A stretch of 64,000 bases of DNA from a virus (IMGVR_UViG_3300011242_000001:114439-178438), one strand, 5' to 3'. Shown: positions 1 through 9,553, counted from the first letter of the stretch. Notes: generated by a model from the sequence alone, not told the origin. Numbers and translations are program-made.

Positions 1-33
1 GCCAATAAGTAATTTTTTTACTTAAAAATTTTA

Positions 34-288
34 ATGTTAAATAGATTGATAATCCAAAGAACATTAAAAATCATGAGTAAAAAAAGCTATTCTATATTTG
101 ATGTTATAAAAGACACTGTTAAAGGTAATGTTCAAAAATCGGACGCTACTATTATTAGTGATCGAATTGCAGTATGTAATATATGTCCTGAATTAAAAAA
201 ACCGTTACGGATATGTGGTAAATGTGGTTGTCAGGTTGATGCAAAAGTAAAATATAAATTGGCAAATTGCCCAATTGGAAAGTGGTAA
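34..288 (+). CDS. small Cys-rich putative metal-binding protein (true start may be ATG 73)
   Basis: CxxC...CxxCGC...CP pattern. Confidence 0.6.
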   Translation: MLNRLIIQRTLKIMSKKSYSIFDVIKDTVKGNVQKSDATIISDRIAVCNICPELKKPLRICGKCGCQVDAKVKYKLANCPIGKW

Positions 289-467
289 TGGAAATAAAGA
301 GTGAAGTCACACCTGAATTCGAGGAACACTATGCTAAGCTTGATCGTCAAGCAACAGAATTAGCATTTGCAATCCTTGAGCATGTCAAAAAAAATGATGT
401 TCGACTTTTAAAAAAAATTGAAATCAGACTATCAAAAGTTATTGACGAAATCAACAATTTACAGTAA
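267..467 (+). CDS. hypothetical protein (likely start ATG 288)
   Basis: ATG overlaps the upstream TAA; lies directly before nrdA. Confidence 0.55.
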   Translation: MPNWKVVMEIKSEVTPEFEEHYAKLDRQATELAFAILEHVKKNDVRLLKKIEIRLSKVIDEINNLQ

Positions 468-496
468 ACATATATAAAATACGGTGGTATATTTAA

Positions 497-3403
497 ATGA
501 TTAAAACTATTATTAAACGTAATGGTTCTAAAGAAGTATTCTCTGCAGAAAAGTTAAATGGCTGGTCAGAATGGGCAGCCAATAAGTTAGGTCGTAGTGT
601 TAATTGGTCTGAAGTAGTTCTTCATACTGTTAGTTCTCTCCCGGAAACATGTAGTTCAAAAGACTTACAAGAGACACTAATTCAATACTGTTTAGGCAAA
701 AATACATGGGAATATAATCTCATGGCCGGACGATTGTATGCTGCCCTATTAATCCGATTGATTCATAAATCTGATACATATCCTACTGTAAAAGAAGTTC
801 AAGATCGTCTTGCTAAAGCAGGTCTGATGCGCAAACTTGACTATACAGAAGCTGAATATGCGGAAATTGAAAAAATTATTGATCACGGATATAACTTAAA
901 ATATCCTCATTATGCACTTCATCAAAACCGTAAAAAATATGCTTTGCAAAACAAAACCAATGGCACTGAATATGAAACTTCACAGTTTACATATATGCGT
1001 ATGGCAATGGCTGCAGCTGAATTCGAACCTAAAGAAATTCGTTTAAAAGAAGTTAAAGAATATTATCTTGAATTCGCTCAACACAAGATTAATATCCCAA
1101 CTCCTTATTATGTTAACCTGGGTACTAAGCTTTCTGGCTTTGCTTCTTGCTGCGTTTATACCACCAAAGATACAGCTGAATCACTTGCCGCAGCCGATCA
1201 TATTGCATATATGATGACTGTAATGTCTGCTGGTATTGGTTACCATTTAAAATCACGTTCACTTGGTGATCCAGTACGTGGCGGCGCAATTGAACATCAA
1301 GGTAAAGTTCCTTATGCTCGCGCTTATGTTGGTGCTTTAGGTGCAAACTTGCAGAATGGTCGTGGCGGCGCAGGTACATTGTACTACAACGCATATGATC
1401 CTGAAGTTGAAACAATTGCTAAACTTAAAAACCCAATTACTCCATTGACTCGTCAAGTACGTGGGTCCGATTATAGTTTTGGTTCTAACCGTTTAGTAGT
1501 TAAAAAAGCTGCTGCAAATGAAGATATTGCGTTATTCTCGTACTATCATGCACCTGAATTATATGAGGCAATTTATTCTAGCGATCAAGATTACTTTGAA
1601 AAATTATATGAAGAATTCTTGACATCAAGCTTGCCACGTAAAATGGTATCGGCACGTAAAATTGTATTGAACGCTTTAACAGAAGCATTTGAAACAGGTC
1701 GCCATTATGAACACTTTACAGATCATTTAAACACACATACACCATTCTTGGATAAAATTTATTCAGGTAATTTATGTGTAACAGGTGATACCGTAATTAA
1801 ATACTGTGATGAAAATGGTGTTGATTATGTTAATACTATTAAAGACTTCGCAGAACAATTTGATGAAGATAAACGTTATTATGCATTGTCATATGATGTA
1901 GTTACTAAAAAAACCACATACTCAATTATTGAAGATGCCGGTGTAACAGCTACTACTGATGCGCTTTATCACATTATTGACAACCTGGGTAATGTTGTTA
2001 AATGTACACCTGATCATAAAATTTATACTACAAATAAAGGTTATGTAGCAGCTAAGAATATTGTCAACGGCGATAGCTTAATTGTTGAAAAAAATGGTGT
2101 ATTAGGCGATTCTCATGTTGTAACAATCAAGATTGATATTCTTGATAAAAAAGAGCCAGTATATGATATTAAAGTACGTTCAACTGAATGTTTCTTTGCT
2201 AACGGCGTACTAGTTCATAACTGCGTAGAAATTGCATTGCCAACTGCGGGATATAATTCTGTTAAAGAGTTATATGAATCATATAATGAAGATTTAAACT
2301 TTATTAAATTTAAAACTCTTAATAAAGCAACTCATCAATTATATAGTTTTGAGCCTGTAGAAACTCAACGCGGTACTATTATTGCTAAAGATCTTCGCTT
2401 AGGTGATAAACTTAATTCGAATGATGACTTAGAAATTTATAAGATCGTTGAACGTTCAAGTACACCAGAAATCGCGGTATGTAATATTGGTGGCGTAATT
2501 GTATCTAATATCAATAGTGATGAAGAATATGAAAAATCAACTTATCGTATTCTGAAACTTATTCGCTACGGTATTTTGAATTCTGAATATGTGTTCAAAA
2601 ACCTTGAAGATTCAGCTAAGGGACGTATGTCGGCTGGTGTTGGTATTGTTGGTCTTGCTCACCTTATGGCGAAAAAAGGTCAAAAATATGATACACAAGA
2701 AGGTAAAGACTTTATTCATGAAGTAGCAGAAACTCATGCATGGCATTTGTATAACGCAGCTCTTCGTATCGGTAAAGAACACGGTAATGCGCCTTGGATG
2801 TATAAGACTAAATGGCCACAAGGTTGGACTCCATTAGATACTTATAATAAAAATGTTGATAAGATTGTAACTGTTGGAAATAAACGCGATTGGGCTGATC
2901 TAAGTCGTCGTATTGTTGAAAACGGTGGTATCGGATTCTCTGTTTGTGTAAGTCATATGCCTGCTGAGTCAAGCTCAATTTCAGGTGGTACAACAAACGG
3001 TATTTATCCAATTCGTGACTTCTATTTGAATAAAACGAATGAAACTCTTTCTATTAGTTATGTTGTACCTGACTCAACTAAATTGAAAGATAAATATCAA
3101 ATCGCTTGGGATATCGCACCAAAAGACTTGATTGATTGTTATGCAATTATTCAAAAATGGACAGACCAAGCTATTTCAGCTGACTTATATCGTAAGCTGC
3201 AAGGTGACGAAAAAGTATCTTCAACAGAAATGTTACAAGGTTACTTCCAACGTTATAAACTTGGTCTGAAACAACGCTATTACCAAAATAGCTTAACCGC
3301 CAAAGGTATCAATATGAACTCATCTGAACCTGTAGTTGGTGCTGATATCCAAGAAGATTTACAAGACGATGTTGGATGTGGTAGCGGTGGGTGCTCATTG
3401 TAA
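497..3403 (+). CDS. nrdA: class Ia ribonucleotide reductase alpha subunit, intein-containing
   Basis: N-terminal ATP-cone (IIKRNGSKE), ASCC, NL-C-VE catalytic motif split by an intein, MPAESSS, C-terminal CGSGGCSL. Confidence 0.97.
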   Translation: MIKTIIKRNGSKEVFSAEKLNGWSEWAANKLGRSVNWSEVVLHTVSSLPETCSSKDLQETLIQYCLGKNTWEYNLMAGRLYAALLIRLIHKSDTYPTVKEVQDRLAKAGLMRKLDYTEAEYAEIEKIIDHGYNLKYPHYALHQNRKKYALQNKTNGTEYETSQFTYMRMAMAAAEFEPKEIRLKEVKEYYLEFAQHKINIPTPYYVNLGTKLSGFASCCVYTTKDTAESLAAADHIAYMMTVMSAGIGYHLKSRSLGDPVRGGAIEHQGKVPYARAYVGALGANLQNGRGGAGTLYYNAYDPEVETIAKLKNPITPLTRQVRGSDYSFGSNRLVVKKAAANEDIALFSYYHAPELYEAIYSSDQDYFEKLYEEFLTSSLPRKMVSARKIVLNALTEAFETGRHYEHFTDHLNTHTPFLDKIYSGNLCVTGDTVIKYCDENGVDYVNTIKDFAEQFDEDKRYYALSYDVVTKKTTYSIIEDAGVTATTDALYHIIDNLGNVVKCTPDHKIYTTNKGYVAAKNIVNGDSLIVEKNGVLGDSHVVTIKIDILDKKEPVYDIKVRSTECFFANGVLVHNCVEIALPTAGYNSVKELYESYNEDLNFIKFKTLNKATHQLYSFEPVETQRGTIIAKDLRLGDKLNSNDDLEIYKIVERSSTPEIAVCNIGGVIVSNINSDEEYEKSTYRILKLIRYGILNSEYVFKNLEDSAKGRMSAGVGIVGLAHLMAKKGQKYDTQEGKDFIHEVAETHAWHLYNAALRIGKEHGNAPWMYKTKWPQGWTPLDTYNKNVDKIVTVGNKRDWADLSRRIVENGGIGFSVCVSHMPAESSSISGGTTNGIYPIRDFYLNKTNETLSISYVVPDSTKLKDKYQIAWDIAPKDLIDCYAIIQKWTDQAISADLYRKLQGDEKVSSTEMLQGYFQRYKLGLKQRYYQNSLTAKGINMNSSEPVVGADIQEDLQDDVGCGSGGCSL
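1775..2221 (+). mobile_element. mini-intein (149 aa) without homing endonuclease
   Basis: starts CVTGDT, block B CTPDHKIYT, ends VYDIKV...FFANGVLVHN followed by Cys(+1). Confidence 0.93.
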
Positions 3404-3418
3404 GTAATTGATTTATAA

Positions 3419-3447
3419 TAAAAAGAGAATCCTAGGGTTCTCTTTTT
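3419..3447. terminator. intrinsic terminator after nrdA
   Basis: AAAAAGAGAATCC-TAG-GGTTCTCTTTTT hairpin with A and T tails. Confidence 0.8.
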
Positions 3448-3489
3448 ATTAATTTTAATATATAATATTAATTTTTATGGATTAAATTT

Positions 3490-4158
3490 ATGCAAAATAT
3501 AGATGAAGTTAAACAATATGTTTTAGATAATGGTATGGCTGATCTTATTGATTCGCGATTAGACAGATATGAACCAACATCTGAATTAATTGATATGTGC
3601 CGATTTGATGATAATACTCACGCGTATGAGCAAGCATTTTATATCATTGATTTTTATTGTAATTATTTAAAAGAAAACCAAACTTATGTACATAAGTTTA
3701 TTGGATATAAAGGCGTTAAAGAATTCAATTTATATATGAGATTTCGTTTAGAACATATTAAAAATATTATGCATGATGTATCACATAAGTTAGATGACTA
3801 TACTTTTTATGGACATTCTTTCAGTAACGCTATTCCTAGTTTTACTGGCAATCGCATTAACTTGGTATATAATGATAGTTATGACGATATAAATGAATAT
3901 TATCATTTAGACATAGATGAACAACTTTTTTTATATGGCTCAGACGAAGCAATTAAAAAATTGGTGCATGATACAATTATTAAATTAACAAACGAAGAAT
4001 CTAAAAGGGAAGCCCGCAATATAATTGATTCATATATTTATAATAGATATATTTATAAAGCAATTGAATCATATATCAATGATAATAGCAATATTGATTC
4101 ATATAGAGATAATGAAGGCCTTATTGATTTAGTGAGCGGAATGGTAAAAAATAAATAA
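3490..4158 (+). CDS. hypothetical protein
   Basis: 222 aa ORF with GGA upstream. Confidence 0.75.
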   Translation: MQNIDEVKQYVLDNGMADLIDSRLDRYEPTSELIDMCRFDDNTHAYEQAFYIIDFYCNYLKENQTYVHKFIGYKGVKEFNLYMRFRLEHIKNIMHDVSHKLDDYTFYGHSFSNAIPSFTGNRINLVYNDSYDDINEYYHLDIDEQLFLYGSDEAIKKLVHDTIIKLTNEESKREARNIIDSYIYNRYIYKAIESYINDNSNIDSYRDNEGLIDLVSGMVKNK

Positions 4159-4167
4159 AAAAATATG

Positions 4168-4196
4168 TGTACAAATAATTTTATTTGCCATATTAT
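4168..4196 (+). promoter_or_regulatory. early promoter TGTACA-N17-TATTAT
   Basis: motif recurs at the starts of many accessory modules. Confidence 0.7.
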
Positions 4197-4231
4197 GTTT
4201 CTACCAACTTAATTAACATTGGATATATGAT

Positions 4232-4423
4232 ATGGTAACTTTAAATTCTACTAATGTACGTCTTGTCGGTCAACTATTAAATGACGACCGCTTCATGAAC
4301 AAAGATATGGGTCGCCTGGATGATAACATTGTCCTTAAAATTGTGGAAGACTTTATTGAATCAAATTTAGATATTGATGACTTTCTTGATGGCGATTATA
4401 TTGACAATATTATTAATAATTAA
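4232..4423 (+). CDS. small acidic protein, probable paralogue of 5751..5960
   Basis: MVTL...IVEDFIESNLDIDDFL versus MITL...VAKDFLESGMTVEDYL. Confidence 0.7.
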   Translation: MVTLNSTNVRLVGQLLNDDRFMNKDMGRLDDNIVLKIVEDFIESNLDIDDFLDGDYIDNIINN

Positions 4424-4437
4424 TTAATTAATTAATT

Positions 4438-4469
4438 AAAAAGTGGGACTAATTAGTCCCACTTTTTTT
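4438..4469. terminator. intrinsic terminator
   Basis: AAAAAGTGGGACTAATTAGTCCCACTTTTTT. Confidence 0.85.
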
Positions 4470-4472
4470 ATA

Positions 4473-4509
4473 TTTGAAATTATTTTATAAAATGTATGTA
4501 CAAATATAA
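4473..4509 (+). repeat. promoter-containing direct repeat, copy 1 (copy 2 at 5664..5698)
   Basis: TTTGAAATTATTTTATAAAATGTATGTACAAATATAA versus TTTGAAATTATTTTATAAACGTATGTACAATATAA. Confidence 0.8.
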
Positions 4510-4525
4510 ATTTACAGGATATTAT
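4497..4525 (+). promoter_or_regulatory. early promoter TGTACA-N17-TATTAT
   Basis: motif match. Confidence 0.7.
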
Positions 4526-4564
4526 TATTTTATTAACTATTATCATAGATGTATGGTGAACAAA

Positions 4565-4834
4565 ATGACTACTGGTATCTACTTATTCAATCGCAAATTT
4601 AGTATTCCTGCTCCATTCCGTAAAAACGGCTGGGAATCAGTAACCAAGGTTAAAATGCCTTCAAAGAAAAAACTTGCAAAAGTCAAAGTAACAAAAGAAC
4701 AATTCCTTGACGCTATTGAGGAATACTTTAATGATACATATAGCAATGGTGCATTTGATGTATCATCAACCGCTAATGTATTTGTCCGTCGCGGTTATAT
4801 CTTTATTAAAGTTACTTATATTGGCCACTTTTAA
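4565..4834 (+). CDS. hypothetical protein (start moved from 4496 to ATG 4565)
   Basis: track start overlaps the promoter; GGTGA precedes ATG 4565. Confidence 0.65.
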   Translation: MTTGIYLFNRKFSIPAPFRKNGWESVTKVKMPSKKKLAKVKVTKEQFLDAIEEYFNDTYSNGAFDVSSTANVFVRRGYIFIKVTYIGHF

Positions 4835-4845
4835 GGTACTAAAAT

Positions 4846-5133
4846 ATGATGAAATGTATTAAAACAGGTCTAACCTTATATGTCACTACTACTGATCAGT
4901 ACACTCGGGTTGATTTATTTTTTGATGGTGTTGACTTATATGTCAATAAAAATACATACTTTAATGGTAAACCAGACTGCACTATTGAAGCGTCTTGTAC
5001 TTACCTTGTCGTAGGAGACCACTATGACAAACTTATGTACCCATCAGTCGATCAAAGTGTTATCGAATATGTCGATACTATGAGGCACAAAACTTACGCC
5101 GAAGAATTTTTTGTCAAGTCTTTTAAACGTTAA
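4846..5133 (+). CDS. hypothetical protein
   Basis: ORF with AAGGT upstream. Confidence 0.7.
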   Translation: MMKCIKTGLTLYVTTTDQYTRVDLFFDGVDLYVNKNTYFNGKPDCTIEASCTYLVVGDHYDKLMYPSVDQSVIEYVDTMRHKTYAEEFFVKSFKR

Positions 5134-5216
5134 AATCAGTTTAGAACAATTTTTAATTAAATGTATGACATATTTGTTGTAACAAGATTTTTTTGGCTCA
5201 TTTTAAAGGAATTAAT

Positions 5217-5681
5217 ATGTTGACTGATAAAGATAAAGGTGAATTATATTATTTGATACATGGCAAAAGCCATATTACAAATGGGGATCGTGTCATATCA
5301 ATAGATAATGCCATTTTATATGAAGGTGTACCAAATAAAAAACCTTTATATAGGGGTATTTCTGAAAAAGAACTAATTGATATTTTAAACGGTAACCCAC
5401 TTAATCGATATCAGTCTTTTACTGAATCATGTGATATCGCCAAAAAATTTGGCCCATATATAATTACACTATTACCATCAGTAGTGCACTCGTTTCCGTT
5501 ATGGCAATGGGGTATTTGTGACTTATGTTTAATGCGATTAGAAAATCCATGTCATTATAAATCATCTGAAGGTGATGATTTATTACTTTTATATGCGGAA
5601 GAAAGAGAATGGATTATTCCGTATAATACAAAATTAAAATGTGTCGATATAGATAATTTAATTTTTGAAATTATTTTATAA
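5217..5681 (+). CDS. putative ADP-ribosyltransferase (R-S-E clade)
   Basis: LYRG...QSFT...AKKFG...EEREW motifs; AAGGA RBS before ATG 5217. Confidence 0.65.
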   Translation: MLTDKDKGELYYLIHGKSHITNGDRVISIDNAILYEGVPNKKPLYRGISEKELIDILNGNPLNRYQSFTESCDIAKKFGPYIITLLPSVVHSFPLWQWGICDLCLMRLENPCHYKSSEGDDLLLLYAEEREWIIPYNTKLKCVDIDNLIFEIIL

Positions 5682-5715
5682 ACGTATGTACAATATAATC
5701 TATCTGCTGTATTAT
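5664..5715 (+). promoter_or_regulatory. repeat copy 2 with early promoter TGTACA(5687)-N17-TATTAT(5710)
   Basis: motif match and near identity to 4473..4509. Confidence 0.75.
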
Positions 5716-5750
5716 TAATTTATCAAATCAATTATCGATGGATAAATAAA

Positions 5751-5960
5751 ATGATTACATTAAGTGCTGCTGATCTTACTAACGTTACTCTTGTATTATC
5801 TGATGAAGGCTATAAAATTTTGGCCGAATTTTTCTCTTGTCATAATGACGAAACTAATGATGCTGTGGCAAAAGACTTTTTAGAAAGTGGCATGACTGTA
5901 GAAGACTATTTAAAAAGTGATCGCTCAACAAATATTATTTTACAGCGTTCACCAGTATAA
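5751..5960 (+). CDS. small acidic protein, probable paralogue of 4232..4423
   Basis: similarity by eye; same promoter context. Confidence 0.7.
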   Translation: MITLSAADLTNVTLVLSDEGYKILAEFFSCHNDETNDAVAKDFLESGMTVEDYLKSDRSTNIILQRSPV

Positions 5961-5985
5961 AAAAGAGGCTTTAAGCCTCTTTTTT
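5960..5985. terminator. bidirectional terminator
   Basis: AAAAAGAGGCTTTAAGCCTCTTTTT between convergent genes. Confidence 0.85.
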
Positions 5986-6322
5986 ATTTATTTCTATCGT
6001 CAGAATCATCTTCAATAGTAATTTTATATTTTTTAGCTAAGGCTTTTGCTTTGTCATAATATTTATATCCGTCTTCATCAACTGATACTTGATATGCAGC
6101 TCGGTCTTTTGGTAATTCAGGCTTTAAAAAATATTGGTCAGCATTGCTTGGAAAATCAAAAATACCAGCGATATGTTCCGCTTCATACTCTTTAATATCT
6201 TGATTATTAAAGTATACTATAAGTTCAAATCCATCATTTTCAGCTAATAGTTCAATTGATTCAATCTCAGCAATCGCCGCCGCTGATGCATTTGCTTCAT
6301 TTAAAAATTCAGTAAATTTCAT
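5984..6322 (-). CDS. putative internal head protein (MKFTEFLNEA N-terminus)
   Basis: N-terminus resembles the T4 IP capsid-targeting sequence; TATAAATA at 6351..6344. Confidence 0.6.
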   Translation of the reverse strand: MKFTEFLNEANASAAAIAEIESIELLAENDGFELIVYFNNQDIKEYEAEHIAGIFDFPSNADQYFLKPELPKDRAAYQVSVDEDGYKYYDKAKALAKKYKITIEDDSDDRNK

Positions 6323-6346
6323 TTTATAATCTCTTTTTTAATATAT

Positions 6347-7543
6347 TTATATGTATTTATCAAATAGAACGGTTGATCCAAATGGTTCTTTAAATTTTTT
6401 ATTATTATATACGCACCATATAGTTGGTTTATGTAATGGCATAAGATTTAAATTCATATATCCATCAGTAATAATAAATAATGCAACTGCATCAGATCTT
6501 GCGGCTTGCTCTAATGTATCTTTAATACATGTACCGCCACCGCCTTTAAATTTAATTTCATTAAGTTCATCTAAATTACTAATTACATCATATGAAATAG
6601 TTTTTGTACTAAACTGATATACACCTATTGTCGTAATATTATGCAATAAAAGTATGTTTTTTATTTCATTAATAAATTTTGTAAAAGTTTTACCATCGAT
6701 CGATCCTGATACATCAATGGCAAAATCTATTTTTGATAAAGATTCATCGTGTAAAGTTGGGATATAAAAATCTGGTAAAAATGATAAATTTAATTTGTTC
6801 CATGAAAAATCATTTTGGGTAACTTCTCCAATATATTTTTGTAGTAAAGTATGCCATGGTAATATAGGATTTTTTAATTCATCTATCATACTTCTAACAC
6901 TATTAGGTATACCATCATCGCTACCATTTGATAATACATGATTATTATATGCTGCAACGACCATATCTTTTACTGCTTCTATTGCCTCTACCCCATCTGA
7001 TGGAATAATATCTTTCCAAATATCTCCCGCACCATTGCCGGAGCTTTCTATAGCACATCCATTAGAGTCGTCATTCTCATTATAATCTTTAATTAAAATA
7101 TCATATACTTCTTCGGTAGTTTTACCTTTAAATGCATCATCTTTTAATATATTTTTGTGCCCTGTATAAGTAAACCCAGATGCAAATAAATCTAAATTAA
7201 TAACATGATCGCCTGCAAAATTCCATATTAACATATTTCTATCTTTAATACGTTTTTGATCTAAATGATCTAACACCAAATGCATAATTTCATGCATAAA
7301 AATAAACACCATATCATCAGTTGTTTTTATATTTTTATGTAGATAATCTAAATTATAAAATATAGTATCAACAGAAACAGCAACTGTTGAGATACCATAT
7401 TCATGACCTTTATATTCTTGCTTTAATTGCAATAATATATGACCAAAAAAACTTAATTCTGTTTGCATTAATTTGATTCTTGCGCGGTCAATCATAAGTT
7501 CAACCGCCGCAATATCTTCAGTTGTTAGATCATTTATACTCAT
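6347..7543 (-). CDS. metallopeptidase-like plus VWA domain protein (DUF2201-like)
   Basis: HEIMH motif; DVSGS, GGGGT and ITDG MIDAS motifs. Confidence 0.85.
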   Translation of the reverse strand: MSINDLTTEDIAAVELMIDRARIKLMQTELSFFGHILLQLKQEYKGHEYGISTVAVSVDTIFYNLDYLHKNIKTTDDMVFIFMHEIMHLVLDHLDQKRIKDRNMLIWNFAGDHVINLDLFASGFTYTGHKNILKDDAFKGKTTEEVYDILIKDYNENDDSNGCAIESSGNGAGDIWKDIIPSDGVEAIEAVKDMVVAAYNNHVLSNGSDDGIPNSVRSMIDELKNPILPWHTLLQKYIGEVTQNDFSWNKLNLSFLPDFYIPTLHDESLSKIDFAIDVSGSIDGKTFTKFINEIKNILLLHNITTIGVYQFSTKTISYDVISNLDELNEIKFKGGGGTCIKDTLEQAARSDAVALFIITDGYMNLNLMPLHKPTIWCVYNNKKFKEPFGSTVLFDKYI

Positions 7544-8610
7544 TATTCAACCAGGTATTTTTTATATTTGGTAAGCAAATTATTAAATTCAAAATGAGTT
7601 GACATAATAAGTTTGCGGTGCTTTCTCATAATTTTTTTCAAAATCATTGAAGGATATTCAATACTATAGCCATCATTATCAACGCCGCCACGTTGTTCAA
7701 AATGAGTAATAACATTTACAATATCATCTTCATCATCACTTAAATTATTAATGGCATTGATAAGTGTTGCATAACGTACACCCATATCGTTAGGAGGATT
7801 AATAAACGGATTCGCAATAATATTTTTTAATGGGATAACCGATTTAAAGTAATTTAAGTATGCATAAAAATCTTGAGTGGCTACTTCACCAATAGCACCT
7901 TCTATAGAGTGCCTAATTGATCCATATGAGCGACTTTTGTCTTTATCTATAAGATAGAGTAACTTACTTACTTTTTCGTGCGTACGAGGACATGGATAAG
8001 CAGAATCTTTATCTTTGGGATTGAACCGATGAATATATTCCGGACGATATTGTAAATATGACAATAAAAGAGGATGAAATTTATCAGACGTTTCAGCCCA
8101 CTTTAACCATTTATCGGTTTTAATTACTGCATGGAATTGAATCATTCGACTTGCTAATGCACTACTTAACGGCATTACAACAGCGCCGTCGGTATCAAGA
8201 TTACCATTTGCACATAACCGAACAGCTGGATGCAAATTATAATCACCGACCATACGATCATGTAAAATTTTATACGCAATAGCTTGTATACTTGGTACCG
8301 CGGAATTAATTTCTTCAAATGAAATCAACCAACCATTTTTTCCTTCTGGTAAAGGGTCGTGTTCCAATGGAAAAATATCTGGTGGAGCGTAAAAAGAACG
8401 TTCATTTTTAAATTGAGGAAAACCGTTCAACCGCGTCTGGTCACACATAGATAATCGAAAATCGATAAACTCTAAATTTAATTCATTTGCAATCCATTTA
8501 TACATTGCAGATTTACCAATACCGGGTGAACCTTTTACAAATGGAATTTCGTCAATATTAATAACGTCTAAAACATGTTGTCCTAATTCAGTAAGGCAAA
8601 GTGGCTTCAT
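7543..8610 (-). CDS. MoxR-like AAA+ ATPase
   Basis: Walker A GSPGIGKS, Walker B-like SFEEINSA, ALASR, PCPRT; coupled to the VWA gene. Confidence 0.85.
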   Translation of the reverse strand: MKPLCLTELGQHVLDVINIDEIPFVKGSPGIGKSAMYKWIANELNLEFIDFRLSMCDQTRLNGFPQFKNERSFYAPPDIFPLEHDPLPEGKNGWLISFEEINSAVPSIQAIAYKILHDRMVGDYNLHPAVRLCANGNLDTDGAVVMPLSSALASRMIQFHAVIKTDKWLKWAETSDKFHPLLLSYLQYRPEYIHRFNPKDKDSAYPCPRTHEKVSKLLYLIDKDKSRSYGSIRHSIEGAIGEVATQDFYAYLNYFKSVIPLKNIIANPFINPPNDMGVRYATLINAINNLSDDEDDIVNVITHFEQRGGVDNDGYSIEYPSMILKKIMRKHRKLIMSTHFEFNNLLTKYKKYLVE

Positions 8611-8623
8611 TTACATCTCTTCT

Positions 8624-9097
8624 TTATTTTAATAATAGTAATTTGGTATATCCAATCGAATCATCTTGTTTATTTTTTTTACATTGTTCTATAATTTTAT
8701 CTATTTCAGCTGGATTATTCATTAATATATCTAAAAATATATCCGGTATATAAGTTAAAAAATCGTCAATATGAACATCATGTAATAATATTTGATATAA
8801 GCCTTCTATATTATAATAGGCGGTTCTTCTAAATAAACCAGCTTTTTGATCTTTATCTAAATTTAATTTATTATTTAAGTTATCTAAAAATTCTAAAAAC
8901 CCCGGTGGAAACATATTAGTCCATGACCGGGGGATAATTTTAAGTGCTTCATATGGATCTAAAATAAAAAAAATTACTGATTGACTTATTTGTTGTGTTT
9001 CTTCAATAAAGCGTTCTATCGATTCCCAATCATAATCTTTCATGCCATTGGATATTAATAAATTTTTAATAGTGGCTGTATCTATTGGCTGTTCCAT
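8624..9097 (-). CDS. hypothetical protein
   Basis: ORF in a tightly packed minus-strand operon. Confidence 0.7.
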   Translation of the reverse strand: MEQPIDTATIKNLLISNGMKDYDWESIERFIEETQQISQSVIFFILDPYEALKIIPRSWTNMFPPGFLEFLDNLNNKLNLDKDQKAGLFRRTAYYNIEGLYQILLHDVHIDDFLTYIPDIFLDILMNNPAEIDKIIEQCKKNKQDDSIGYTKLLLLK

Positions 9098-9100
9098 AAG

Positions 9101-9415
9101 TTATTCTTCTTCAATCAATTGTTTAGTTTTAGAATCAAATTTATCATAATAATGCTTTATCATTACATCCGGGAGATCATACTTTTTAACAATATAATAC
9201 CAATTAACATAGTTGTCATGGTTAATAATAAAAGGCAATGATAGCTTTTGATATCTGCAAATAGCATTCCAATCTAAATAATCGCGGTAATCATGGATAA
9301 ATGATTCTTGTAATAACATTTTTATTGACACACGATGCCAGTCTATATCCCTAATATTAGATACACGCTTGAATAATTTAATATTTTGTTCTATTTCGTT
9401 CATAATATATCCCAT
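9101..9415 (-). CDS. tryptophan-repeat-like protein
   Basis: repeated IDW..VS / LDW..IC.YQKLS..FI / VNW units. Confidence 0.6.
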   Translation of the reverse strand: MGYIMNEIEQNIKLFKRVSNIRDIDWHRVSIKMLLQESFIHDYRDYLDWNAICRYQKLSLPFIINHDNYVNWYYIVKKYDLPDVMIKHYYDKFDSKTKQLIEEE

Positions 9416-9444
9416 ATCATTATTAAGTTATTTAAAACAAATAT

Positions 9445-9473
9445 TTTACAAATATAATTTTGTACATTATAAT
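9445..9473 (+). promoter_or_regulatory. early promoter variant TTTACA-N17-TATAAT
   Basis: motif match upstream of denB. Confidence 0.55.
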
Positions 9474-9553
9474 AATATGGTATTGGTTATGTTTTTTTAT
9501 ATTTTTCATTTGTGATGCCAAACATATAACATAAATTTGTTTGGTATATATTA

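Noticed and set aside
1775..2221. Homing endonuclease within the intein
   Set aside because: Only 149 aa long, with no LAGLIDADG or HNH motif
1125..3011. Minus-strand ORFs 1125..1415, 2612..2821 and 2808..3011
   Set aside because: Antisense shadows of nrdA with no protein-like features
4417..4438. (TAAT)n microsatellite after the 4232 gene
   Set aside because: Short AT repeat between a stop codon and a terminator, with no evidence of function
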